Shown here piece by piece: positions 36,191 to 45,663 of a DNA stretch of 64,000 nt (position 1 is the stretch's first letter; each line of letters opens with the position of its first letter). The position numbers and the translations under genes were made by a program. The stretch is from an uncultured Candidatus Saccharibacteria bacterium (GTDB lineage: Bacteria; Patescibacteriota; Saccharimonadia; Saccharimonadales; JAGQNJ01), in contig CAYRSA010000001.1 of assembly GCA_964426845.1 (NCBI GenBank), positions 107,237 through 171,236 on the forward strand, in the 5' to 3' direction. Under the pieces are notes generated by a model. The model was not told the DNA's origin. It did not search any database and saw nothing but the letters and a program-made list of their open reading frames with translations.

Positions 36191-36559
36191 CTACTTAGCG
36201 CTAATGCGCCAGTACTTGCCTGCCCTGACAGCCACAACCGCTCGGTCGATGCCAGCAAAGTCCAGCAGATGCTGTTCAAAGCTAACCCTTCCCTGTTTGC
36301 GGTCCGGTTCGGTCTCGGACTTGCCTTGTCGGAATTGAACGTTTAGATCGGCCGTCTTTTCGTCAAGGATATTTCCCTGAAGTTGCGGCTCAACCAGCTC
36401 GTCCCAAATGGCCTTCGGATACATATGCAGATAGTTTTTGAATCCGCGAGTAATGACTACCCCGCTGGCAAACTCATCACGAAGTTCGGTCGGTATGGTT
36501 AACCGCCGCTTATCGTCTAGTCTCCTTGCGAAATAGTCCACCGATGCCATTCTTAGCAT
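36191..36559 (-). CDS. mraZ: Division/cell wall cluster transcriptional regulator MraZ
   Basis: It carries two DxxxR-type SpoVT/AbrB half-domains (LDDKRRLTIPTELRDEF and DRKQGRVSFEQHLLDFAGI) and is the first gene of the dcw cluster. Confidence 0.85.
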   Translation of the reverse strand: MLRMASVDYFARRLDDKRRLTIPTELRDEFASGVVITRGFKNYLHMYPKAIWDELVEPQLQGNILDEKTADLNVQFRQGKSETEPDRKQGRVSFEQHLLDFAGIDRAVVAVRAGKYWRISAK

Positions 36560-36640
36560 TCCTTCTTGTTTTATATGTTCTAGTGGTTTTTTGTTTTTTG
36601 ACCTTCGCGATTTATTCGCTGCTGGCTGTAAGGTGGATTA

Positions 36641-36688
36641 ACCCACGTTTACCCACTGATCATCAGCATACTACCCACGCTTACCCAC
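36641..36688 (-). promoter_or_regulatory. Putative MraZ operator: four GTGGGT boxes in two 10-bp-phased pairs
   Basis: The plus-strand ACCCAC occurs at 36641, 36651, 36673 and 36683, so the minus strand reads GTGGGTaagcGTGGGT ... GTGGGTaaacGTGGGT. The array lies 82-130 nt upstream of the mraZ ATG. Confidence 0.6.
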
Positions 36689-36801
36689 AAGCAAGTACTT
36701 TACTCTAGTTTCTTCCATACTTATCCACAGTTTTGACAAATTACAAAACCCCAACGCTACATATAGTGTGCTGGGGCTGTGGACAAACGCTATTGTCGAT
36801 T

Positions 36802-37473
36802 TTAGCCAGCTTGGCTGGTGTCAGATTGGTCTGCCGGAACGATCAGTCGATCGCCAGGGTGAAGGCCGTCGTTAATCTCAGCGTGATTCATGTTTGTTAT
36901 CTGATCAACAAGAGGTCGAGGATCGCCTTCGGTACGAGAAGCGGCAATATCCCAAACCGTTCCATCTGGGCCAACAATCACTGTCTCAGTGTCACTAGAG
37001 TCCGAAGTCTGCTGTCCAGTAGTAGCTAGATAATTGTCAACTGCTTGCATGTATCTATCGGAGCTAGCGAAAGCCGGTGCCACCCGGTCAGGGCCAGAAG
37101 TATCGGTTTGACTAGCACCGGCAAACGGATTAGAGAACACTTCACGACTAACCTCAACTACGTGAGGCGCCACAGCTGACATCATTGCCACCGCACCTGT
37201 AACGACAGCCAGGGCTCTCAAACGATTTCGGCCGATTTGTTTACGAACCTCAGGACTGCGCCGAGCATCACGCGCCAGCATACTGCCAGCCATGCTGAAT
37301 ACGGCCTCTTTCGGAGAGCTAACCCGCCCACTGGCTGGTGCTGTAGAATGAGCCGGTTTCACTCGCAAGGTATGCGAATGGTCAACCACAGAGTCCCTCG
37401 GACCCATAGCCTCAAGAGCTTCTCGGAGCGGTGTATGACGCGGGTCAGCTGGGAGTTTTTTTGTATCTTTCAT
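36802..37473 (-). CDS. Membrane protein with a C-terminal LysM-like domain
   Basis: It has a mid-protein TM helix (ALAVVTGAVAMMSAVA). The C-terminus VIVGPDGTVWDIAA...INDGLHPGDRLIVP follows the LysM pattern. Confidence 0.55.
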   Translation of the reverse strand: MKDTKKLPADPRHTPLREALEAMGPRDSVVDHSHTLRVKPAHSTAPASGRVSSPKEAVFSMAGSMLARDARRSPEVRKQIGRNRLRALAVVTGAVAMMSAVAPHVVEVSREVFSNPFAGASQTDTSGPDRVAPAFASSDRYMQAVDNYLATTGQQTSDSSDTETVIVGPDGTVWDIAASRTEGDPRPLVDQITNMNHAEINDGLHPGDRLIVPADQSDTSQAG

Positions 37474-37518
37474 CTGTTATATAATAGCAAACTTAAGCGT
37501 ATCTGTCAAGTTACTACT

Positions 37519-38784
37519 CTACTTAGTTTTATGGCGGGTTTTAATTTCGTTGGCAAACCACTTGGCGCTGGGCCGGAGCTCGCGCTTCATACCCTGCTGA
37601 CGGTTAACGCTAATTAAGCCGAATTTTGGCCACCAACCGTAAGCCCACTCGAAGTTGTCCAGCAAACTCCAGTGGAAATAGCCAGTCACTTGGACGCCCT
37701 CAGACAAAGCCTTTTCCATAGCTATAATCGTCTCCTCCAGCCACCACTGACGATACTGGTCCTGTTCGTCGGCAACGCCGTTTTCGGTGACAATAATCGG
37801 CTTACGGTAATGAGCCCACGTTCGGACTAACAAGGGGTATAGCCCCTCGGGCTCCATATACCAGCCCAGATCGTTAACCGGCACCTGGGGATTATCGCGG
37901 CGAAAACCTTTGTAGTAGTCGGTGAAATAGTAATTAAAGCCGACGAAGTCCTGCTGGCGGCGGATGCGGTTTAGAAACCACCAATTCCAGCCATAGCGCA
38001 TCCAACGCGTAGACAGACTATCCACGAAGTTGTGCGGTCGTTTGGCCTGAATGTTAGCCAATTGGGTGGCTACACCAACCATGAGGGATTTATTGCGATA
38101 CTTCAAAATTCGGTAAGCCCGCTTATGCGCCTTCACCAGATTCAAGTAAACCCAGCCGGCTTTCAACCAATTGTGCTCCTGCGGCGGCCACAGAGCGTTG
38201 CCGTAGCCGAAACTGGCGTAAACATTGGGCTCGTTTAAGGTGATGATATAGGTCAAGTCGTCAGCATATTCGTCGGCGATTTTCTGGACAAAGGCCTCGA
38301 AATACTTCAAGTTCTCACGCTTAGAAAAGCCCCCCTTGTCAGTAAACCAGGTCGGCATAGTCCAGTGCCAGATGTTTAGGAATGGCTCTAGGCCTTTGCG
38401 ACGCAACTCCTTGATGTAGTCGCGGTAGTGCTGAATTTCTTTTTCGTCCCACTTTCCCTGACTGGGTTCAAGTCGAGCCCACTCGATGCCAAACCTGAAG
38501 GCATTCAGATTTAACTTCTTGGCCAGAGTGAAATCCTCTTCGTAACCCTGGTAATGGCCAACACCCTTCCCCGAAACATAATTGTCCGGCGTCTCAGCCC
38601 GCTTCTTAATATCTTCCCAGCCTGGCAACCAACCCAGCCGACTCTCAGCCGTCTCGGCCAACTCTTTGGCATGCTCTAATTCCCAGACTGACCACTGGTT
38701 GTGATTACCACCCTCTACCTGGTGCGAAGCCGTGCTGGCTCCCCAAAAAAAATTCGGTGGGAACTGGTTCTTGTATTTATCCAT
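37519..38784 (-). CDS. Glycoside hydrolase family 1 beta-glucosidase
   Basis: FPPNFFWGASTASHQVEGG is the GH1 N-terminal signature. The acid/base motif is TLNEPNV and the nucleophile motif is IIVTENG. Confidence 0.93.
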   Translation of the reverse strand: MDKYKNQFPPNFFWGASTASHQVEGGNHNQWSVWELEHAKELAETAESRLGWLPGWEDIKKRAETPDNYVSGKGVGHYQGYEEDFTLAKKLNLNAFRFGIEWARLEPSQGKWDEKEIQHYRDYIKELRRKGLEPFLNIWHWTMPTWFTDKGGFSKRENLKYFEAFVQKIADEYADDLTYIITLNEPNVYASFGYGNALWPPQEHNWLKAGWVYLNLVKAHKRAYRILKYRNKSLMVGVATQLANIQAKRPHNFVDSLSTRWMRYGWNWWFLNRIRRQQDFVGFNYYFTDYYKGFRRDNPQVPVNDLGWYMEPEGLYPLLVRTWAHYRKPIIVTENGVADEQDQYRQWWLEETIIAMEKALSEGVQVTGYFHWSLLDNFEWAYGWWPKFGLISVNRQQGMKRELRPSAKWFANEIKTRHKTK

Positions 38785-38805
38785 GCTTATGCTAATTGTA
38801 TCACT

Positions 38806-39111
38806 TTACTTTTTGACGTAGGCCAATTTGCAACCCAGGACATCAGCCACCTTGGCCAGCGTGTTATAGGTCGGATTGCCTTTACCGCTCTCAAGTCGTG
38901 TTATCACTTCGCGACTCAGCCCAGTTTGTTCGGCTAATTGAGCTTGGGTCATTTTCTTTGCCAACCGAGCCTCGAAAATCATCGTAGACAAGTTTAGTCG
39001 CTGCCACCGCTTTTCTTCTTCTTTAGCTTCTTGGTCTTCGACAGCATCCCATTCAGCCATCATATCTTTGGCTACTTGACTCCAATCTGTTTCGAGGTAT
39101 CCGTCGCCCAT
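38806..39111 (-). CDS. XRE-family helix-turn-helix protein with an acidic N-terminal extension
   Basis: MTQAQLAEQTGLSREVITRLESGKGNPTYNTLAKVADVLG is a canonical Cro/C1 HTH. Confidence 0.8.
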   Translation of the reverse strand: MGDGYLETDWSQVAKDMMAEWDAVEDQEAKEEEKRWQRLNLSTMIFEARLAKKMTQAQLAEQTGLSREVITRLESGKGNPTYNTLAKVADVLGCKLAYVKK

Positions 39112-39165
39112 AATCGTAATGTAGCATATATGCTACATTGAATAATTAACTACTCCTTAACCTCG

Positions 39166-39870
39166 CTACTTGGCGGCCATGTAGTGAGCCTTGTCGGCCG
39201 GATGGAGTTTTTCTAAGGAGTAGCGCAACATGGTCCGAGGCATGACCGCAGCATATTGGTCCAGAAAGTCCTTCAGTCGGAGTTCATCCCTCTTACCAGC
39301 CTCCCGTAGCATCCAGCCTGTGGCTTTGTGGATTAGGTCTTGGTCATCTCGCAACAATTTCTCAGCTAGTTCAAAGGTGTCGTCCACTTGCCCGTCTGCA
39401 ATGAAACGACTGGTGCTAATAATGGCAATCCGTCGCTCCCACATGACCTTGGATTTCACTAGTTTATAGAGCTGGTCACGGGGCTTATCTAATAAATAAC
39501 CGCCGACCACGTGGCCACAACTAATGTCGATGATGTCCCAATTGTTTATGCGGTCACTGCGCCGCAGATACAATTGGTAAAGGTCTTCTTTCTCGGAATC
39601 ATCTTTGGCCCGCTTGGCTCGCTCGGTCATGATAATCACGGCACAAAGACGATGCTCGTGAATCGGGCTATCCAGTAGTTTCTCGATTTCTAGTAGAGGC
39701 AAATCACGATATTTCTTAGCAATTACTCTGGTTTGTGGCACCCTAAGGCCAATAAACACATCGCCTTCGCCATACTGCCCCTTGCCTGTCTTAAAGAACC
39801 GTTGCAAAAAGGCGGCATCGGCCGGATTCTCTAGGGCATTCAACTCATCAGCAATATCTTTTGCCGTCAT
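39166..39870 (-). CDS. DNA alkylation repair protein (AlkD/AlkC-like HEAT-repeat glycosylase family)
   Basis: FLQRFFKTGKGQYGEGDVFIGLRVPQTR and the WMLRE motif are typical of this family. Confidence 0.8.
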   Translation of the reverse strand: MTAKDIADELNALENPADAAFLQRFFKTGKGQYGEGDVFIGLRVPQTRVIAKKYRDLPLLEIEKLLDSPIHEHRLCAVIIMTERAKRAKDDSEKEDLYQLYLRRSDRINNWDIIDISCGHVVGGYLLDKPRDQLYKLVKSKVMWERRIAIISTSRFIADGQVDDTFELAEKLLRDDQDLIHKATGWMLREAGKRDELRLKDFLDQYAAVMPRTMLRYSLEKLHPADKAHYMAAK

Positions 39871-39873
39871 CGC

Positions 39874-40596
39874 TTACCGATATTCAGGATTGGCGAAGTC
39901 GAAGCGCGCCCCGGCATCCCACTCTGACCGCTGGTTGCCATGAGCTGGAATACCCCCGGCGTCTTTCAACAACCGGGCCATGTGTATCAAATTCCAGGTC
40001 ATAAAAGTGGTGTTGCGGTTGGTGAAGTCATTGTTAACTCCGACAATAGTGCCATCGTCGGCTTTATCGCCGTAACTAGCCCCTGGGCCGGCCTCGCCTA
40101 TCCACCCAGCATCGGCCTGGGGTGGGATGGTGTAGCCCAAATGCTGCAAACTGTACAGAATGTTCATAGCGCAGTGCTTGATACCATCCTCGTTACCAGT
40201 AATCAAACAGCCGCCGACTCGGCCATAATAGGCATATTGGCCTTGCTTATTAAGCTCACCCGAATGGCCGTACAGCCGCTCAATCACCTTTTTCATCTCC
40301 GAGGAGTTGTCACCCAACCAAATTGGTCCAGCCAACACTAAAATGTCGGCGTCCATAACCTGCTTGAGAATCGGTGGCCAATCGTCCTTCGAAGCCCCCT
40401 GCTTAGTCATGTCATCGTAAACCCCGGGCGCAATGTCGTGGTCTACAGCCCTGATCAAAGTCGTCCTAACCCCGTGTTTCTCCATAATGTCGCGGCTAAC
40501 CTGGATCAACAGGTCGGTATGACTCTTAGCCGGACTGGGCTTCAGGGTGGCGTTAATGAACACCGCTTTCAAATCGTCGAACTTGGCTTTACTCAC
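39874..40596 (-). CDS. Flavodoxin-fold NAD(P)H-dependent FMN reductase/quinone reductase-like protein
   Basis: AVFINATLKPSPAKSHT...ADILVLAGPIWLG is the flavodoxin-like FMN-binding pattern. Confidence 0.7.
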   Translation of the reverse strand: MSKAKFDDLKAVFINATLKPSPAKSHTDLLIQVSRDIMEKHGVRTTLIRAVDHDIAPGVYDDMTKQGASKDDWPPILKQVMDADILVLAGPIWLGDNSSEMKKVIERLYGHSGELNKQGQYAYYGRVGGCLITGNEDGIKHCAMNILYSLQHLGYTIPPQADAGWIGEAGPGASYGDKADDGTIVGVNNDFTNRNTTFMTWNLIHMARLLKDAGGIPAHGNQRSEWDAGARFDFANPEYR

Positions 40597-40650
40597 AAAA
40601 ATACCCTCCGTTACTTGGAGGGTATTATACGCTACTTGAATCGCAGCCGT

Positions 40651-41253
40651 TTATTTTTGCGGAGCCTCAGGATTGGGCTCGCCAAAATTACCGTCGCTGG
40701 TTGGAACGCGAGGGTTTTCAAGCTTGATGCCACCTGGCAAAGCTGATTTTGCCTTCTTAGTTGGTGTAGTTGGCTCGGCCACTGGCTTGTCGCCAACATC
40801 AACCGCAACCTTATCAGAATGTTCTGGGAATTCCACGGGGCCAGCCAATGCACCAGCCGTAGCACCAACCACAACTGCAGCGGCTAGAGCGGCTTTACGC
40901 AGACGGCCCGGAGCCTTATCTCCCCGATCTTTATCAGATGTTTCTAGCTTCGGAGTCGGATCTGGTGCAGTGCCTTCCACACGATATTTATTAGGCTTTG
41001 GGGGCTTTACTCGCTCAGGCACTAAGACACCTGGCACAGCCGTCACGACTTCACCACCGTTGATTGGCGGAACTTCAGTACCGCCTTCAGGAGGCACGGT
41101 AACTGGCGGGATCACTGTGGGCGCATCGTCATAGGCCACATCTGGCGTAAAACCTACGGCACCATCAGCAAAGCTGGTAGCTTCTTGGACTTGTGGCCCG
41201 TTAAGTAGTTGGTTTGGTAGTTCGGCTGGTTTTAGTTCTGCTTGTCCTTGCAT
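40651..41253 (-). CDS. Pro-rich hypothetical protein with one hydrophobic segment
   Basis: 200 aa that is P/G/E/V rich, with the hydrophobic stretch AALAAAVVVGATAGALAG. Confidence 0.5.
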   Translation of the reverse strand: MQGQAELKPAELPNQLLNGPQVQEATSFADGAVGFTPDVAYDDAPTVIPPVTVPPEGGTEVPPINGGEVVTAVPGVLVPERVKPPKPNKYRVEGTAPDPTPKLETSDKDRGDKAPGRLRKAALAAAVVVGATAGALAGPVEFPEHSDKVAVDVGDKPVAEPTTPTKKAKSALPGGIKLENPRVPTSDGNFGEPNPEAPQK

Positions 41254-41340
41254 TGTTTTTCTCTTTGTTTATGTTTTATGTTAATACAATACTATATTAG
41301 CATAAGCTTTGTTAGTTTGCAAGCTTATTTCCTAAGAACT

Positions 41341-44300
41341 CTATGTTAGGACTGTGCGAACAATGTAGTCGCGCCGAGCCTTAAGGGTAGCCTTCAGCTG
41401 GTCGCGGTCGGCCTTGGGCCTTCGGATGCTATCAACCATCTGGTCTATAGCTGCATCGGTCATCTTGGTTCGTAAGTCTTGGGCCTGAGCTCTTACCTCT
41501 TCATCTGTCAGCCCTGGATACTTCTGGCGCATGCCTAGGCCGAGCCGCTCATCATTATCGCCCACCCGCAACTCCAGGACTTCATCATTCCAAACATCGC
41601 CCGACTTGCGCTGGCCCTGAGCCCGCAAGTCCAGGGCACCGCCGTTGTCGGCTCGGTAAACAATACCGTCAACTTCTAGGGTGTTGCCTGCGTTATAAAC
41701 CACATCCCAGTTGGCAAGCCAGGCATCAACCACAAATCCACCATTAAGGGTTGTCACCTCTCGAGAAGGTGGACTATCAGTGGTTTCGTCCACCCACTCC
41801 GAATCGTGTCCAATACGTCCCTCGACCGTCACCATCCGAGTTCGTGGTGTAGTGACACCCATTCGCTCATAAATAGTATCGGCTAAGTACTCCGTCCAGA
41901 TGTGGTCGGTTGTGCTGACTGCCACCTCTCCCTCATCTACCTGGGCAGTTCGGAGGCCACCAAACTTAATATAGTGTTTCTGTGGTCGACCAGTCTCGGT
42001 TGGTAGAAGATAGACTGAACCCTCGTTGCTGCCAAGCTGCTCGTCTGTACGTAGGGTACTATCAATGGTTGTTGGCACCTGGATAACCATATTTCGGTCG
42101 CCGTACACTGCATCGAACTCAGCCGGGGTTACAAGCAAGTTACCATCCAAATCGTAAATTGGTATATATACACCGTTCTGGATGGTGGCTTCCAGAGCAC
42201 TATTAATCGTGTGCTCGTTGGCATCTCGCAGTATAACCCCAGTTATTTCCGTAGACGGTATGCCACCTAGAATTAATCCATGGCGATTAACTCTATCTGA
42301 ACTGGTTGGATTGCTGGTCTGTCCGGCCATCCAGCTATTGTCATCTCGGGCATACACCAATATGACTCCGTCTGATCCGCCATAGCTATAACCAGCGCCG
42401 GTAATTGTTTCCTCTACCTGGCTTCGTGTGTCTGGGCCATATTGGATAATTGAAACATCGACATTAAATGGAAAGGCGTCTTCTTTTGATGCAACCGATC
42501 TAGACTCGCCTGCAAAGTTACCGTCCTGAAGCACCATTAGCAAAGCGTCAAGTGGTGCACCGTGAATGAAGTCGCCTTCAGTAAATACCGGCGTGTCCCC
42601 GTGTACCCTCTCTCGATTGCGGTGCGAAGCCACCATTTTCTGAGCCGGATCTCGGCTTCGGCGCAAAGTCTCGGAAATCATATAGCCATATATTTGCTTA
42701 CGAACCTCGGGATTAAACTGTTGAAAAGTAAACGAGTCGACTTCCATAATTTGGTCACCAAGCTCAGCAATGGCCTCCGGCGTCAAAAGTGCTTTTCTTT
42801 CGGCCTCGGTCATGTCGGCGATGTCTTTAACACTAAAGCCCTCAACAGCATCTAAGAAGCCGTTACCATTTCTGAGTTGATCAGGCTTTAGGCGAATCTT
42901 TGGCAAGAACTTGATGGTGTGATTATTCTGGCTATGTTCAACTTTTAGGCCGTGGACGACTTCTGAGATAGAATAAATATTCTTCCAGTATTCGCGCGGA
43001 TGACTAAATATGGCCGAAACTTCAGCTACCTTGGCGTTGAATTCTTCAACCAAGCCAACAGTTACCAACATATCGATAATCCGGTCTGCAATAACTTGGT
43101 TGGCCACCAACATACCTAAGTCCTCGCTTTTAAGTACGGCTTCGGCAAAGGCTGGTGCTTCATCTGGATGCTCAATGGCTATTCTAAAACCAAGCTTAGT
43201 AAACCGCGGGTCCTCTAGCATTTGTACAAATGACGGATTGTCAAAAGCTTCTAGAGCAGCTTGGATAGTTTCAGCATTTTTATCAGATAGTTGCTTAAGT
43301 ACGTTGGCCCTCTGGGACTCATCGTCGATCAGTAACTTGATAGCCTCGTGCTCGAATAGACTAATCAAGGCCTTTGTCTTTTCCGGCCTATGTTTGTCGT
43401 ACATAACATATCTATAGATATCCGGATTTTCCAAAAGCGTTTCTACTACCCTTGGACTCGACAACAGCTCAACGTTTTTCAGCAAATGGTAGGGTGTCAT
43501 CACAAAGTCATGACTGACCAATTTTCGGGTTTCCGGATTGGAAAGCAGATCTGCAAGAACTGGATTAGTCAAAACAGCCACAGCGAAATCATCTTTTGAT
43601 CCGTGGTACGAGGCCTCTTCAATCATACGAAGCATGTCGGGATCGGCCATCATGTCTTCCAGGCTATCGGCATTAGCCAGAACTCTGTCAGCGTAAGCCT
43701 CCGGATCGTACTTGGAGAACACTGTATTCTGATGCAGAAATATAGAGCTAACGTTAGGGTGGTCATTAAGCTCCGCAATACGCTCAATCAGCTGCTGACG
43801 ACGAGCTTCAATGTCTTGGCCTATATCAGCCAGCACCTCGCCAGTGTCAAACGGCTCGTGCCTGCCCCTGTCTTGTATTCTTCGGGCAGCATTTGTTATA
43901 GCGCCGTATCCATCGTCCGATATCTCTCCATCTCGCACCGTAAGCAGCTGTTGAGCTAGTCGCTTATCACCCCGGGACCATAATGACACTATTAATTCAT
44001 CGGCAAAATAAGAAGCTTCGAATCGGTTTTCTCCACCTACCATTCGCTTTTGCCGGATAAGGCGTAGTAAATCATCGTACTTGCCTTCCCTAAATCCTGG
44101 ATCAATGTCAATCATTGCCAGCAGGCTTTCTCGGTCGACGTCTATACTACCAAACGTGCTGTGCCAGCGCTCGGGAACCAAAACCGCTCGACTGATGGCC
44201 TCTTGCTTGTCCTGGTCTGTTTCCAGATCCAGGGACTTAGCTACAGCGGCTTTCTCAGGTACTGGCAACTTTTCCATCTGAGCTTGCCATTCCTCTGGCG

Positions 44301-44973
44301 CTAGTGACGTCCTTGCCCCTTCGTTGTCAAAATCAATTTTCTGACCAATTGCCACCTGTAGAAGACCTCGGTGCTCAGCGATAGTTGCCTCAACTGGATA
44401 ATACTGTTTGCTAATTATGCCCATGTCTTCATCATCCTTGATCGTAACCAGCCCACGGCTAGCCACCTGGGCATTAACAAGCTCCTCAGCCAAGCCGTTA
44501 CCAACGGCAGCTTCGACTACCCTATCAACTTCGTCTGGCTTCAATCTGGAATCGTCGTATTCACTGTTTCCTGCCGCAATACTAATGACCACCAGTAGAT
44601 CTTCGGCACTACGTTGGGCTGTCTCGGCGTCATTGGCCTTCTTGGCTTCAACCGCTCTTTCACTTAAAATAGTGGCTGCTCTCAGCCAGACCGCTCCAGC
44701 CGGTGGCTCCTCAGTTGTCTGGTTTTCAGATGCAACCTGCTCATGGGCAACCAGAGTCACTTCAGCCAACCGGGCCATATGACCCTGAACTCGTTCGCTG
44801 TCACCAACAAACTCAGGGGTAAAACCATCCTGCCTTCTCTCCTGAGGATTTTCGATATGCTCCAGCGCTGCCAAGTTAGTTTGCAGGTGTTCTTGAACTG
44901 CCTGATGGCCAATCTGATCAATCTGCTGTTGAACCTCGGGCGGTATACTAGTGCCGGCTTCTTGGGTTTCCAT
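41341..44973 (-). CDS. 1210-aa multidomain protein: helical N-terminus, LRV-like helical repeats, unknown central domain, C-terminal atypical kinase-like domain
   Basis: This is a single uninterrupted ORF with no signal peptide or TM helix. It has recurring L.NP....... helical repeats (LTNPVLADLLSNPETRKLV, LLENPDIYRYV, FDNPSFVQMLEDPRF). The last 232 aa carry ordered kinase-like motifs (see findings). Confidence 0.8.
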   Translation of the reverse strand: METQEAGTSIPPEVQQQIDQIGHQAVQEHLQTNLAALEHIENPQERRQDGFTPEFVGDSERVQGHMARLAEVTLVAHEQVASENQTTEEPPAGAVWLRAATILSERAVEAKKANDAETAQRSAEDLLVVISIAAGNSEYDDSRLKPDEVDRVVEAAVGNGLAEELVNAQVASRGLVTIKDDEDMGIISKQYYPVEATIAEHRGLLQVAIGQKIDFDNEGARTSLAPEEWQAQMEKLPVPEKAAVAKSLDLETDQDKQEAISRAVLVPERWHSTFGSIDVDRESLLAMIDIDPGFREGKYDDLLRLIRQKRMVGGENRFEASYFADELIVSLWSRGDKRLAQQLLTVRDGEISDDGYGAITNAARRIQDRGRHEPFDTGEVLADIGQDIEARRQQLIERIAELNDHPNVSSIFLHQNTVFSKYDPEAYADRVLANADSLEDMMADPDMLRMIEEASYHGSKDDFAVAVLTNPVLADLLSNPETRKLVSHDFVMTPYHLLKNVELLSSPRVVETLLENPDIYRYVMYDKHRPEKTKALISLFEHEAIKLLIDDESQRANVLKQLSDKNAETIQAALEAFDNPSFVQMLEDPRFTKLGFRIAIEHPDEAPAFAEAVLKSEDLGMLVANQVIADRIIDMLVTVGLVEEFNAKVAEVSAIFSHPREYWKNIYSISEVVHGLKVEHSQNNHTIKFLPKIRLKPDQLRNGNGFLDAVEGFSVKDIADMTEAERKALLTPEAIAELGDQIMEVDSFTFQQFNPEVRKQIYGYMISETLRRSRDPAQKMVASHRNRERVHGDTPVFTEGDFIHGAPLDALLMVLQDGNFAGESRSVASKEDAFPFNVDVSIIQYGPDTRSQVEETITGAGYSYGGSDGVILVYARDDNSWMAGQTSNPTSSDRVNRHGLILGGIPSTEITGVILRDANEHTINSALEATIQNGVYIPIYDLDGNLLVTPAEFDAVYGDRNMVIQVPTTIDSTLRTDEQLGSNEGSVYLLPTETGRPQKHYIKFGGLRTAQVDEGEVAVSTTDHIWTEYLADTIYERMGVTTPRTRMVTVEGRIGHDSEWVDETTDSPPSREVTTLNGGFVVDAWLANWDVVYNAGNTLEVDGIVYRADNGGALDLRAQGQRKSGDVWNDEVLELRVGDNDERLGLGMRQKYPGLTDEEVRAQAQDLRTKMTDAAIDQMVDSIRRPKADRDQLKATLKARRDYIVRTVLT

Positions 44974-45039
44974 GTTTATTTTCTTGCCACCGCTGATGCA
45001 GTGTTATGTATCTATTATGCTCTGTGGTTCACTAAAAAG

Positions 45040-45642
45040 CTAGCGTTTTGATTTGGGTCGGCGCTTGAAGTCTTTGTAGGCCAACTCGCGACGGAGCTCG
45101 TCGATACGGATGATGTACTTCTCGTAAGGCTTCAATAGACTCGAGTAATAGCGGTTGGGCGTCATGATGTGCTTCAAGCGGTCCTTGCTGGCCAGGTACT
45201 CGGCCAAGCAGTAGAAGTCACCGTCGCCGGACACGATGATGGCTTTGGAATAATTGGGCATTTCTTTCATGGCGTACAGCACCAGCTCGGCGTCGACATT
45301 GCCCTTGACCGGCGGATGCGGGGTGTCTTTCTTCTTGTCGCCGGAATCGGCTTTACCGTCTTTGGCTTTTTCGTCCTCTTTATGGGTGACGCTGACCGTC
45401 GGCTTCAGGACAATCGAGTAGCCCATGTCGTGCAAGCCTTCGTACATCTGAGCATTCTCCTGGATATAGCCGATGAACAGAAAAGCTCGAGTGACACCAT
45501 ACTCAGTCTTCAGGTACTCGTGCAGTTTCTTCCAATCCATTTTCCAGCCAACTTTTTGAGTGCCCAGGTTCAAGTTCTGGCTGTCGACGAAGGCATAGAC
45601 CCCCTTAGGCTTATGTTCGGGTTTCTTTCTAAAAGGTCTCAT
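45040..45642 (-). CDS. NYN-domain (LabA/PIN-like) putative ribonuclease
   Basis: GVYAFVDSQNLNL...AFLFIGY...NVDAELVLYAM...AIIVSGDGDFYCL follows the NYN acidic-residue pattern. Confidence 0.75.
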   Translation of the reverse strand: MRPFRKKPEHKPKGVYAFVDSQNLNLGTQKVGWKMDWKKLHEYLKTEYGVTRAFLFIGYIQENAQMYEGLHDMGYSIVLKPTVSVTHKEDEKAKDGKADSGDKKKDTPHPPVKGNVDAELVLYAMKEMPNYSKAIIVSGDGDFYCLAEYLASKDRLKHIMTPNRYYSSLLKPYEKYIIRIDELRRELAYKDFKRRPKSKR

Positions 45643-45663
45643 GCTTGCTCCTATAATAGCAGA

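Noticed and set aside
41302-41328. The palindrome ATAAGCTT-11 nt-AAGCTTAT, 12 nt after the 1210-aa gene stop, as an intrinsic terminator
   Set aside because: The stem is AT-rich and contains two HindIII-like half sites. No U-tract follows on the transcribed strand. It may still be a weak terminator or a protein-binding palindrome, but the support is insufficient.
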